DNA from: Octopus sinensis
Lineage: Eukaryota
Direction: 5' to 3'
Length of the DNA stretch: 64,000 bases
NCBI RefSeq assembly: GCF_006345805.1
Contig: NC_043004.1
Location: 78,244,001 to 78,308,000, forward strand
Shown: piece by piece, positions 24,885 to 39,168 of the stretch
How the letters are laid out: the number at the start of each line of letters is the position of its first letter
How positions within the stretch are numbered: position 1 is the first letter of the stretch
Program-made: the position numbers and the translations under genes
Notes under the pieces: generated by a model
Seen by the model: the letters and a program-made list of their open reading frames with translations, nothing else
What the model was told of the DNA's origin: nothing
Databases searched by the model: none

Positions 24885-26599
24885 GCTTCACGATGTCGTG
24901 CTGCTACTGTTTACATCTCGCTCAGAGATTTATTATTGCATAAAAATAAATGCTTTGCAGTATTTGTTCCGGATATTTTCGCTTTGACCGGCAGTTTTTA
25001 AAATAATTTCCATGTAACTTTTAAACTTTGTATACTGGTAGAATGTGTTTATAAAACATCTTTTTTTCTTGGCTTTTTTGAGAAAATTCTGTAGTTTGTA
25101 AGATATTCGTAAGATATTTTCTTGCATTTCTGCAATTTCAACCAATCAATGACGTCTATTGAGGTGAAAACATTCTCTCCGTAAACATTTTCTGGTGGTG
25201 ATATAGGAAATTGTCCCTCGTTTAAGAAACAGATTGGGTTTATTTACATTTATTAAGAAAAAAAGATACCCGTCCCCTCACCCCTAACTCTAACCCTAAC
25301 TAACCCTAACTCTAACCCTAACCCTAAAATAGATTGAAATGCAATAGATCGACACTAGGGTCATAATTATGGGTAACAATTTCATATGATACCGCTAGAA
25401 AAAACTGTCGATCAAAGCGAAAAGATCCTTTGTTCCGATTCTTAACGTTCAAAATCTCGCAGAGGTCAACTGTGCTTTTCATCCCTCTGGTAATCGATAA
25501 ATAAAACACCGTTCAAGTTCTGGAGTCCATGTAATCGATCAACTACCTGTGTCCTCAAAAGAAAATTACTGGCCTTGAACTTTAATCAATAACTTTTATA
25601 ATAACGTGGTTTGGTGAAATACTATTTCAGAAAAACGCATGGATATCACAGAATCAGATTTCAGTATTTCTAAAATCCTTCTAATTTTGATACAAGGTCT
25701 ACAGTTTTGAGGGGAAGTTGGGGGACTGTTGACTGCATTGAACTGGTGCTTATTTTTCGGACCCTGAAAGGATGAAAGCCAAAGTTAACTTTAGCGGAAT
25801 TTGAACTCAGAACGTAAAGGGCTAAAAACAATACTACTGAACAGTTTTGTCGGAGATGTTAACAATTCTGTCGGCTCTTCGTTTTTCCCCGCAATAATTA
25901 AGATAATTATTAGTGCTTTATTCCTGCTCAAAAGTAAAGTGCTGCCTTGAGCCTGAGAACTCATAGAGTCAGTTACACAGCTTCCATGGCGTTACAAGTG
26001 TCCGAGATCACGAAATTCAACGCATCGCCCGGCTCGGAAATCGAGACCTCGATCATGTGATTTTGGCCACGCATCTTCACCTGTTCAAAAACAAACCGTT
26101 ATTCAAAATACTTTACGGTTCCACTGCTTTCGTATCTAAACAACCTTCAACTGTGGGTGTTTTCTCTTACATGTGTTCTCCTCTATCACAAACAATGAAC
26201 AGACGTTAAAAGCGCGTTAAATACAACCTACGTACATGTCTATGTATTTGTATGTTGTCTATATTCTGTTGTTATTTCTTCTACAACTCACATATTTTAC
26301 TCTTCTTTCTTCTCTCTACAATCATTTCTTCTTCTTTCTGGCACTCGGCCCGTTTTAATAGTATTTCCTCGCCTATTTACGTCACTCCTCTGAAATTTAA
26401 TGAGATCAATGAACTTCACCTTCCTTCGTTTTCCTGTATTGTGTTTGTGTGTTTGTGTGACTGTAGATATGTGTTGGTGTGTGAGTGTGTATGCCACTGT
26501 GTAAATGTGGATATGTGGGTGAGATGGCGCGTCTTTGTGTTCAGGTGTGGATGTGATGTGTATGAGTCTGTTTGTCAGTGTGTATATATGTCTCCCCCC

Positions 26600-26630
<31 letters not shown>

Positions 26631-27263
26631 AATACAAAATGGGACAAGAACGCAAAACATCCAGAAGACGATACAAAAAACACGGAAGCCTCTAATCTTC
26701 AGTCAAGAACCGGATCATCTTCGCAATTTCGGCTGACAAAAGTTCTGGAACTAACAATTCTACAGAAAGTGCGTGGGGGAATGGTAAATAGATAAAGATT
26801 TTTTTGTTAATTCCTTGACAAATGTACTAAATAATGAGTTACTCTATTATATTGAGAAACAAACTTTGATAATTTAAAAAAAAACTGTTTTGTTCTCGAT
26901 AACAGATCAAGAAGGAAATGAAAAGATGTTTATAAAGTTACGAATATCTCAGATACAACAATTTAAGAAATTTTGGGGACACCTTAAGGTCCAATCAACA
27001 CCTTAAATGAAATTAAAAAATAACCCAACAAAGGTACCTACGTTTTGTCTATTTTAATAAACAGGTGTTTTATTTCTAAAATGAATGTTAAGAATTACCG
27101 GGGAAAGAGAGACAACTTCGTTGTGTCTGGGGAGAGTCAAAGTGCCCTAATATAACACACTCACCGGTTCAATTTCCATTCATTTAATTATTCCTTCTAT
27201 TTGTTCTAGAAGCTTTTTCGTCGACGCATTTGCGACCGTACAACTACTCTACCGAGACCAAAC

Positions 27264-27745
<482 letters not shown>

Positions 27746-27952
27746 ACCAATTCAGATAAGGAATCTTACAAACCAGATACAAAAACGAAGGATAACTTCA
27801 GAAACGTATAGAGATGGAATGCGTTACATTTCGCCTTAGGCTAGAAGTATAGCCACGTAAGTGTGCCCTTTGATTTTTGTTTCCTCATAACTTACAGAAT
27901 AATGGATATCTTTAGGGAAATTTTCAACAAATACCTTTCAGATGGTTTAGAT

Positions 27953-28502
27953 CAGAGGTTCTCAAATTTTTTTAGGCCAGCGCCCCCTCCTTATGGCCAC
28001 ATAACACCCATTTCTTTACAACCCACAAGGAGTTAAACAAAGGGGACAAACAAGGACAGACAAACAGATTAAGTCGATTATATCGACCCCAGTGCGTAAC
28101 TGGTACTTAATTTATCGACCCCGAAAGGATGAAAGGCAAAGTCGACCTCGGCGGAATATGAACTCACAACGTAACGGCAGACGAAATACGGCTACGCATT
28201 TCGCCCGGCGTGCTAACGTTTCTGCTAGCTCGCCTATTATGGCCACATAATACCCTCAGTGCCCCACCCCTATATTTATGTATAAATAAATATTTTATAT
28301 TTTACTAATTTATATATACTATGAATCATTTGATATTTAATATAATATTATATAATTTTTCTACAATACTATAATAATATTACAATAAATTCATAGTGTT
28401 GCCCAATTCATTGCCTTCCTCCCAACGCCTCCCTTTTTTCTGCCGCCCCAACACCCACCAGCGCCCACCCGAAGGCGGTAGCGCCCACTTTAAGAACCTA
28501 TG
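27953..28502. mobile_element. hAT-type MITE with nested SINE
   Basis: TIR cagaggttctcaa / ttaagaacctatg; perfect 8-bp TSD gtttagat at 27945-27952 and 28503-28510. Confidence 0.85.
28005..28236 (-). mobile_element. Young tRNA-derived SINE (gactttgcctttcatcctttcggggtcgataa family, possibly Meta-domain)
   Basis: 14-bp TSD ttatggccacataa. Related copies at ~820, 1715, 6620, 24410, 25690, 30080, 31000, 35040, 47250, 55480, 61180(-) and 61413(+). Confidence 0.85.
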
Positions 28503-28659
28503 GTTTAGATTATGATTTTATCAGAATTCAAAGTGAAAAAAAAAAAGATGGTGGGCTCGCACTCACCATATAACATAACAATTTTTTTCCCAATTTCAAG
28601 TTTCATTTTGTGTGTGTGTATTCTCCGAAGTATACATTATTATATATCCATCACGGCTG

Positions 28660-28873
28660 ATCTTATCAATCGGTTTCGCACTAGGGGTACAACGGAGTGT
28701 TAGGTAACAATCCAGTTATACAACCCTACGCTCATCAGAGGTAGCCGATATGGAATGAAATATGGTGGCTCATTTCATTCCATATCGGCTACCTTTGATG
28801 AGCGTAGTGTTATATAATCGGATTGTTACATAATACTCCGTGGTATCCCTAGCGCGAAATCGATTGATAAGAT
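28660..28873. repeat. Hairpin with ~100-bp arms and ~10-nt loop
   Basis: tcttatcaatcg...ggtagccgatatggaatgaaat / atttcattccatatcggctacc...cgattgataaga. Confidence 0.9.
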
Positions 28874-29073
28874 ACATTTCGGATAATATACCCATTCTAT
28901 TGACAGATATACGAGTGCATCTTTTTCCTGAGTTGTGGACTTTTAGACGATTTACGTATATATATATATATAGTCAATTCAAATAAACAATCTATTCAAA
29001 TAATAAAATTAACGGACAACAAGAGGATGTGCACAAGGAATGTATTAGTTTGACAGTCAGTGAAGAGAAGGGG

Positions 29074-29106
29074 TTTGATGTTTCGAGCATAGCTCTTCGT
29101 CGGAAA
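29074..29106 (-). ncRNA. Variant minimal hammerhead-like motif
   Basis: ttt-CCGACGA-a-gagc(tat)gctc-GAAA-ca-TC^aaa; U4>C change and CpG decay in loop III. Confidence 0.4.
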
Positions 29107-29724
29107 GGAGAAAGGGAAAAGTCCAAAGAAGGAAAAGCAATCGCTAACAGTGCGTGTGTAGTTACATAATGTTCGTTCGCTAAATATTTTCTACATTAAA
29201 TTCTGATACACTCGGAATCTGCCCCATCGGAAAGGTATCTGTAGAAAACTTAATTTAAAAAATCCAATTTTTCTGAAAGTTATGAGGGGCACAACTGTGT
29301 AGATATGCCAGACTAGATACTAACTTATTTAATCAACAGTTAATTAGGTACATTAAGTAATTAAATGATAGTAGTTTCTGATTGAGAAGCCAGCAAATTT
29401 GAGAGGAAGGAATCAGCCGATAGCTTGCTGCCGTCATTACTTGACAAGTGCATAAATTTTATCAGAACGAGACAGTTGGGCATAGCAGTTTGGGCGCAAA
29501 CGATTTGGCACGGCTGACTGGACATTCAGCTTGTTTTGATGCTGGAGGCAAACGCGCGCACACACACACGCATAAACACACACACACATACATACACACA
29601 AATACGTACGGACGCACGCACACACACACACGTGCGCACAGAAATATACACACACAGATAAGAGAGAGAGAAAGAGAAAGTGACATCATGTACATAAAGC
29701 GAAATATACTGAGAGGGAGAAAGT

Positions 29725-29774
<50 letters not shown>

Positions 29775-31748
29775 AAGAGAGAGAAGAGAGAGAGAGAGAG
29801 AGAGATTAAAACGACTGATGTCAAATAAGCTAGTATCGAACAGCGACACCAGATAAGCGGCGCCCAAACGGCTGTGTCAAAATGGCTCATATCCAAATTT
29901 TATCGATCTCGGATAGATGAAAAGTGAAAGAATAATAAAATGACCTTAGACTGATTTTGCTGTAACAAAAGGGAAATGTTTCTAAAAGAAAGATTGAAGG
30001 ATTTCTTCTTTTTCCAAAAAATACCCCTAATATTAATTAGTAAAATAAATACAAGACTAGAAATTAGTAGACGATGGGGTGAGACATTTCACTGTTAACT
30101 TGTTTTATCAACCCCAGGAGGATGAAAGGTAAAGATGACCTTAGCTGGATTTGAATGCAGAACATAAAGAGCGGAGACAACATCCTGAAAAGCATTTTGT
30201 CCAACGCCATAGCGTTTCCGAATTTGGTATTACTAAAATTTTTATATACTACATTTGCACTTAAAACTACCAATCAGTGGTGAAGGTTCTGTGTAGTGAG
30301 TTGATATGCTAGAAAAAGTTGCTAAATCTCTTTCAAACCACTCCCTACCATTCAAGAAAGAAAAATGAAAAAGAACAAGAAAAAAAGGAAGTACATTTTC
30401 GGAAATCTATTTCTAAATCCATTATGTTTGAAAAGAGAAAATAACGATGGGATGGTTATGGCTGGAATGTCATTAATCATAGACCTACCTGGACTACCAG
30501 TTACACCTTTGTGTTTCTTCTTCTTCTTCTTCTTCTATATCGTATGTCGTTGTTTCGATTTTCTATAGAATTGATTCCATATAGCTTCCAGTAGGACCTG
30601 GGGTTGGCACCACTGGTTTCACAGTAACATGAGCGTTTGGACAATACTTTAAGGTGTTACTCGATCATTGGTGGATGTTCCCAAACCCCTTTCTTCATTT
30701 TCTCGTGGTTAGTGTCTCTCCCCGATGGTCGCAAAATCTAAAACCTAATCCCTAACCTTTAAATTCTAACTTGAACTTTATATACTCTAACCCTATTCCT
30801 TATCCTAAAATCTAAATCTTAATCCTAATCCCTGACCATAACGCTATTCGAACCCCAAATTTTAACTAATAATACAATAAATTGTTTTAAATTTTATTGA
30901 ATATTAATGTATATTCTTTAGTGTGTGCGTAAAAACAAAATGGAAATCGGACCGTCAAATTGTTTTAAAATAGTACTAGCTAGTAGCTTATTTTATTGAT
31001 TGAACGATGCAAGGTAAAGTCGACCTTGCGGAGACTTGAACTCAGAGCGTAAAGGGAGGTAACTAAAACGCTGCAAAGTAATTTGATCCGATGTTTTATC
31101 GATTTTGACAATCCGCTTCACAAGCTGTTTGAATCATTTGCGTTGATCAACTCGATTATAAAAAGAAAGACAAATGCAGGACGCCGTCAGTATACATACA
31201 TACATGCATTAGGTTAGGGTTAGGGGTGGGGGGAAGGGTATCTTTTTTTTTTTCTTCAGAAATGTAAATAAACCCAATCTGTTTCTTAAACGAATATATA
31301 ATATGGATTGTGTGTATCTGTGCAACAGAGAGGGAAATTAAAACTGCATATGTTGTGAACTTAGAATATGTGTTTATTAATAAAAGTTTAATAACGATAA
31401 TATTTTATTCATACGAACGTAACAGATATGAAATATGTCATAAATAACAGGGACAATTTCATATGACTCAGCCAGAAAATGTTGTTGACACACTGCGGCA
31501 GATATCGTTTTCACCTCAATAGACGTCATTGATTGGTTGAAATTGCAGAAATGCAAGAAAATAAACAACAAATATCTTACAAACTACAGAATTTTCTCAA
31601 GAAAGCCAAGAGAAAAAGATGTTTTATAAATACATTCTACCAGTATACGAAGTTTAAAATTTTTTAGTCACAAAGAAATTATTTTAAAAATCTGCCGGTC
31701 AAAGCGAAAAGATCCCATGCATACATACATACATACATAATATAAATA

Positions 31749-31779
<31 letters not shown>

Positions 31780-33370
31780 TGTATGTATGTATGTATGTAT
31801 GTATGTATGTTTGTATGTATGTATAAATGAGTATAGGACGTCACCAACAGTAAACAACATGAAATACGAAAACAAATGAGTTCAATACGCAAACAACGAG
31901 GGAAACAAATGGAAAACAGGACAAGTAACATAAAGAACGACCCTTCATCAGTTGGCGGCTGTCTATCTACTCCTCATTTCGAGCACTGGACAACAAAAGA
32001 TACATACATATATACATACATACATACATACATACATGCATACATACATACATACATACATACATGCATACATACATACATACATACCGTATTTACTCGT
32101 GAATAAGTCGCGCTATTTTATATTTGGTTTTAACAGAAAAATCTGGGATGTCACTTATACAAGGGGCAAAGCTGATAGCAAGTTGAAGGGATAAATTTGC
32201 CCAAACATTTAGCACAAAATTGAGGGTGCGGCTTATACACGAATACATACGGTGCGCGTGCATGTATGCATGTGCGTATGTGTAATAGGCAGAAAGTGAC
32301 AAAAGTGATTCTTGGGCCGAGAGTTTTGTGCATGGAACTTCCCAGAATTTGCTATGTGATTTGTCTTTGACTCACTTTTGTAAACTTCTGCCGATTAAAA
32401 ATTATATATATATATGAAAGTATTCTCTTCTTCTGAGTTCTGTTTCTCCTCTTTGATCTACCAAAATTTTAAGAGGATGAAACCACAGTCATCGAATCTT
32501 TAAAATAATGACGGTTTACATCTCATAAAACTGTCCAAGAAAATTGACTGCCGAATTTCCCCAAATAATGGCAGCATATAGGAATTCCGAATGCCAAAGT
32601 AACATTACCTGACCAAAAAATCGATATAAGAACTGCTTGAACGAATCTCAAAAGAGATATATGATTTAGGGCAATTGGGAATACGATGTATGGAATCAAA
32701 ATTATGGCAGTCTTTTAGCAGGAACTGCAGCGGACGAATAATCAGATCTTGAAACTCTCGTGGGAAATGCAAGAATCTTTGTATTCTCTGAAACCAAAAT
32801 CTGTGGTATCATTTGCCAGTAATGCTAGCGAGTTCGGTCTCAAGGGCGACATGTTTGATGGAGAATTTATCGATGTAACTAAATAGTTTTAATGCTGATG
32901 TGTCACTGAGCTGTGCCGTTGTACACATTCAGTTAGTTTTAGAGAAAGGTTAAGATTTTAAAACGGGCATTAAGAAGGGTATCAGCCCTTTGAGTTTTCA
33001 CGTATACTGATATGTATAAAGACTCTGAACTAAAAGAAGAATTTGTCGACATGGAGAGAAAAACTAGGAAGATAATGGCTATACATGGGTGTCTTCATAC
33101 TAGAAGTAACGTAACGAGGAAGAGGATTACTCGGAATAGAGGGCAGTGCTATGAAGGAGATCAAGTCTTTGCAAGCCTATCTGAGGAATAGTGGTGAAAG
33201 AATGTTGCAGGTTGCACTGAGTAAGAAGGGGATGAGTGACAATGGCGAGACCCTTTAGGAGTATAATATGAGGACTATTAGAGAAAAGATCATCAACTGG
33301 AAAGGAAAAGTTTTACGTGGAAAGCTTTTTCCAGAAATCATTGGATGAAGCTGAGGAAGAATCTTAGAGA

Positions 33371-33513
33371 CATTAGCGTAGCTAGAGTGTGTGCCGCCCG
33401 AGGTGGCCCTTCCGTTTGCCGTCCATGGGCCCTATAAAAAAAAGCACAAACACATATTGCCTACAGCATACCGAAAAGTGCCGCCCCTACTACTGCTCCT
33501 AGCTACGCTAGTG
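33371..33513. mobile_element. Short MITE, TIR CA(T/C)TAGCGTAGCTAG
   Basis: cattagcgtagctag ... ctagctacgctagtg; TSD imperfect. Confidence 0.7.
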
Positions 33514-33560
33514 CCTTGAGACGGTTAAGACATGGTTTTCTTTAAAGAAGGAGACAAAAG

Positions 33561-33727
33561 CAGGCGCGGACCCAGGAATTTTTCGAAGAGAGAGCACAAA
33601 TTCAGAAGGGCGCAGCTATTAAATCAAATTACAAGTAATAAAATTAGTTAGAAGGGCGCACTTCTTTCCTTGAGATGGTGGGAGGGGGGCACGTGCCTCT
33701 CAGCCCCCATCCTTGGGTCTGCCCCTG
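33561..33727. mobile_element. hAT-like MITE, TIR CAGG(C/G)GC.GACCCA
   Basis: caggcgcggacccagga ... tccttgggtctgcccctg; no clean TSD. Confidence 0.55.
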
Positions 33728-34216
33728 TGAAGGACTGAGTTTTGCTGCTTAAGGACAAGCTTTATGAATCTACTCAGCCAAGTGCAGCATTGATAAGACT
33801 ACAGTATCATCCTTTCCCTTTTCTTTTATCTTTTACTTGTTTCAGTCATTGGACTGCGGCCATGCTGGAGCACCGCCTTGAAGAATTTTTAAGTGGAATG
33901 GATCAACCCCAGTGCTTATTTTTTTTTTAAGATTGGTACTTATTCTATTTGTCTCTTTTGCCGAAGCTCTAATATACAAGGACGTAAACACGCCAACACC
34001 GTTTTGGTGTGTGTGTGTGTGTGGGGGGGAGACAGACAAACAGACACATGCACACACGCACACAAGGTCAGGTGATGTTTATCTTGATATGAGATCAGCA
34101 TGACGCGCACATATGGTTGTGATGTATGTGCCTGGTGTACCCTTATCAGACGGGTAGTCATGATGAGTATACTGGCCCCAGTGTCACTTTGTTGGCATGC
34201 ACTGCTCTCTCACTGA

Positions 34217-34260
<44 letters not shown>

Positions 34261-34730
34261 TACAACCACAAACCTGAAGACATCGTCGAAATTAAAATGC
34301 AAAGATCCTAAAGGATTTTTATGATTCAGCGCGACCATGAAATAGAGAATAGGAAGCCGGACATATTCTTAATTGAGAAAGAAAACAAACTATGCTGGAT
34401 CATAGATATAGCATGCCCAGCTGACAACAAGGTATGCGATAAGGAAGAAAGAAAAGTTGAGAGATATGACAGGTTAGCTTGGGAAGTTAAGCAGTTGTCG
34501 ATGAAAACGGTAGCAGTAGTACCAATAACTGTCGGAGCCCTGGGAACAGTGAGTAAAAATCTTGAGAAGTACGTGGAACAAATAGGGGCTGCAATAAGGG
34601 TGGAGCACTTGCAGAAAACAGCACCGCTTGAATACTCCGGATGGTGCTCAAAAATAAGAGGTGTTACCTTAGTTCACTGGTAGTGAACAGCTGACACTCC
34701 AGCGCTAGAAGCTGCGCAAAGGCATTAATA
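34261..34730 (+). mobile_element. 5'-truncated R4/Dong-like LINE (RLE domain) inserted in an (AAT)n tract
   Basis: ORF 34321-34683 ENRKPDIFL..IIDIACPAD..KE.RKVERY..VVPITVGALG; (AAT)n on both sides. Confidence 0.88.
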
Positions 34731-37700
34731 ATAATTTTATTTAATTTCCACAAGGTCGAAGGATGAGGGGGGCAATACAAAGATAGATATAAAGTGTGGG
34801 GGGTTTACATATAATGAAATGATAAAAAAAAAGATGAGAGAAAATAAGTATACACGGCATACACCGAAAAACAAGGAACATATGCATAGCATACAAAGGT
34901 TAAAAAAAAAAGACAGTGGCGGTGAGGATGACAGAAATGTGGCCCTCCCGATGCAGGAAGGCCTCTAGAGATAATCAAGGAACCCCCACTGTCCGAGATT
35001 TCCCTGAAATCCCAGTGCCCTCTCCAAAATAATGATAATGGGCAAATTTTGGCACTGGGCCAGCTGTTTTTGGGAAGTCGATTACATTGATCTCAATACT
35101 TGACCCGTATTTACTTTTATTGACTCTAAAACGATGCCGTCGATCACGGCGGTATTTGAACTCATCATAAAGCTGAAGGACACCTCGACTTAAAACTGAT
35201 ACCAAAATGTGCTGCCCATATTTCAATCGTATGTTCAGGTGAGTCTTAAACTAATCAGCTGTTTGAAGTGCAAATTAACTATCGACATCTCATGTGAAAT
35301 TTCTTTAATGCTGTTTAAATGCGTTATTTCAAAAAAAAAAAATATTTCATTGATTGATATAAGTTTTAAGATAAACTAATTACAACCAAATAAAATTAAG
35401 AAATTTCAATATAACGTAGAAGTCACACCTTTAAATTTGTTTTTATCTACGCGTATATAATGTTACAATATTTTCGTGATGTTTAATTCCTAATCAGTGC
35501 TGTCTCCAGCTGTTCTAGATTGTCAAATAACTTGCAATACTCATCGTGGAAATCATAAATAAAAAATATATTTGATTGAATTTGATTTGTCTACAATGTT
35601 TTTTTTTTAATATATTGATTTCTTTAACAGTCACAAGACGTTGGATTTATAAGGGTTAGCTATAGAAAATTTTAACAATCATGTCTTTTCCACAGGATAC
35701 ACTTTTAATTAAAGCTAAAGAAGTTTTGTACGTTTGAGTTAAGATTTCAAATTTCAAACAAGTTTAAAGAATTTCATTAAGAACCACTTTATATTTTGAT
35801 TTCAATTGAAAAAAAAAGAAGAAAAAGGAAAAATAGTGTTCTCGTGTTAATCAGAGAACTTCACCATTTTCGTATAGAAACAAAAACATATTTTAATTTC
35901 TTTTCATTTTTTAAAAATAACTTTTTCAAAGTGCGCACGTAATGCAGAAATTTCTTAAGACGTATGTGAATGTTCGCCGTATCTTCTGTCGCAAAGTAAA
36001 ACGGACACAATGCCATTTCGAAGTGTTTATAGTAAACAAGAGAGAATGAGTAAAAGAAAGAAAAAGGATTTGATACTTAAATGGGAAATGGTTAGAGAGA
36101 GAAGGGGGAGATTTTCATTAAGCAACGTAATGAGAGAGCGCGCGCACATACATCCCTACATGCACACATACACACACGCATTCACACGTATATTCACACG
36201 CACGCGCGCGCGCACACACTCATTCAATTTTCATATCCTCCCCTTCTTTCGTCTCTTCCTTCTCCTCTTACCCTCCCGCCACCGCTATCTTCGTCTTTCT
36301 CCTCCCCTTCACTGTTAATTCACAGAAATGTTACGTACGAGCTTCGAGGTGGTGGCGGGTGGAGAAACCAACACAAACGACACAAAACAAAAAAGAAAAA
36401 CACTTTCTATTTTTTTTTTCCTCAACTGTAATTCTTCAAATAGAAAGTTCATTAATTTGATATTCGTAAACACATTGAAATATAAATACATAGACATTTA
36501 AAAAAAAGAAAAATAATAATATAATATATCGTTGATACCAAGTTGAAGCGGCGGAAACTACCGAAATTTGTCGAACGTTAGTTGGGTGATGGCGTCGTTT
36601 GGTGGTGGTCCTTATGAACGACCAACGCTAAAACTCCATTGACACGGTATCTCGGGAGAAAGCTGGTGTCATGTCGTGACTAATCTCACCACATTAATAT
36701 TACACGGATTGCCATCTTAAGGGTAAGAGCACACAAAGGATTTCTAGTTGGTTTCTGTGACGTTGAGGCCAGTTGTTCAGCTCCTGTTGTTTGTTTTTTG
36801 GAAGCTCTTACGTTTCAGCTTTGACTGTCAAAAAACCTAGACACGACTTTTATTTCTTCGTTTATCTTTTTTATTCTGCTTCCGATATTTGCTTTATTTA
36901 TTTTATTTTTGGTAACTTTTGGCAATTAGCCCATACTGTGTAATCGTTTGTAGCAGACAGGGCATGTAGCTGTTCAATCCGACGACACATAAATACACAC
37001 ACACACACGTATCCACACACACACACACGCACACACACACGTATCCACACACACACACACGTATACACACACACACATGCTCGCGCGCGCGCACACACAC
37101 ACAAGTATACACACGCACGCACCCTGTATATGCATGCTCACACACGCATATATACTTGCACACATGCATGCACAGACACACACACACAAGCATACACAAA
37201 TACACATACAGACATGTACACACACACACACACACACCCTACGCATACTGAAAACGGGTAGATTACGCGTATATATAAATAATATGAGGGGAATAAATAT
37301 TTATGATTTATTGTACACCTATAATGCATATGTAAGCTTAAGTGTGTTGTTTAGCCCCAGGTCAGACTTGAATGAGCAAAATTATGATCAAAGGTGTTCT
37401 AACGATGATAATTCTCTCTGTTTTCTTAATCTTATACCAGGCACTGTATCATCAATATGTCATATCTTTTTTTAGGACAGTGCATGTAATTTGAGGAAGA
37501 TCTGGCTGCTATTTTTAGGAGCTTGTGCGACCACTTAGAGGCTTTGTTGAAATGTGTTGGAAGTAGAGCAGAATCTGCGGTAGACCAAACTGATGGTGGT
37601 GCCATATAAACCACTGGTTGTTGGCGAAATTGCACACGATATGAAACCTATCTGATACACCATGTTCCTCTCTGTCTCTCTCTCTCCTCTCTCGGTGTCA

Positions 37701-39009
37701 CTCTTCATACTATGTTAATTTCTTATCTCTTTTGACATTTATATTCCAACACGTACGTATTTGGTGACCCCCATCATTATCCCCTTTCATTCTCACAACC
37801 TCGTTCCCTCAGCATCTTAATCAGATGACATCCGACTTAATGTTATCTTTACACCCTGTTATTGACCGTCAAGTCCCAGTTCTGTTGTCTTAATTGTAAC
37901 TTCCTGATAGGTACAAATATCATAGGATCGATTTATTAGACAGACCATCCCCTGGTTATATGAAAATACTCTTAAAATCTTACCTTAAGGGCACGGGCAT
38001 TGTACAACTTCTGATCCCTATTGTTGGATCAATAACTTAAATTTATATGTTTCGTTGTATTTTTTTTTCTCCCTTTTAATACTTTTAATTTATGGGCGGA
38101 AGGAATATAGACGTGTTTCACTATACGCTTCTGGACATGTGAAGGAATGTGTCCGGATCTATAATCGATGCGTAACTGAGATCGATAAAAGGTTGTTCGT
38201 TAGGTTACATACTTAAAAATAAAAGCAAAATGTGGATCATACAACGACAAAAACAAAGACAAACAAAATCCAAATAGGACAATTTATTTATTTTGTTTGT
38301 TTATCATTTCTGCTAGTATAAGCATTTCCTGCATTACTCTTCACCTTCAATAACATAGCTACTCCGTGTGTGTGTATTAAAACTAATCTAATTTTCTGGA
38401 GAAGATAGAAAGAAAGAAAAACCAACTTTAATTTAGAGATAAGGAAACATCGAAAGAGCTGGTTTCATATTTCCGTTGCTATTAAAATATCTTAACAAAA
38501 CTATTTTACCCAGATTAAGCAGAACGAAATTTAAACCTCAACCAGCTGACATTAATGGTCACACCCCTCAACCCTAATATACATTTATTAGTCATTAACT
38601 CAGGGCAGTTTTATTTTGACACCTGTCATGATGTTGCTCTAATTGAATAATCTAGGTCTCGTTGTTGTTGTTGTTGACCATTCAAAACCTTGCTGGGTGT
38701 GAGCTCGAGTTTATACATTATTTAGTTTTATTTTAAAGATCAACTCGAAACCTAAACTCAGTTATCTACTTCTCTCTCTCTCTCTCTCTCTTGAAACTTG
38801 GCCAATCTAATGATAACTTCTCCAGGTTTCTGATTCATTAACTCGACTTGCGCTAATTAGACACATACGCACTGGATCAATTTCTTGCTTTACTATCTCA
38901 TTGCATGCGCGCGCGTGGGTCTGTGTGTGTTTGTGCATGAACGTGAGCGCGCGCGCGTATGTAGGTGTACGTATTTATGTGTCTTTCCTCGCGTGCATGC
39001 GTTTGTGTG

Positions 39010-39133
39010 TGCGTATGTATGTGCTATATTAAACTATATATATATTATACATGTTCTCTATATAAACATACGTATGTGCTATATATATGTGCGTATGTGT
39101 GCTATATATATATATATATACAAACATATGTGG

Positions 39134-39168
<35 letters not shown>

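Larger units (their letters stand above)
33040..33775 (+). mobile_element. Degraded R4/Dong-like LINE fragment (post-RT region) carrying two MITE insertions
   Basis: MERKTRKIMAIHGCLH.RSNV, W.GK.L.GK, KKETEGL..AA.DQAL remnants. Confidence 0.7.

Noticed and set aside
31940-31990. CTGATGA and GAAA on the minus strand between inverted (TATG)n/(CATA)n tracts
   Set aside because: Order and stems do not form a hammerhead; no stem II complement.
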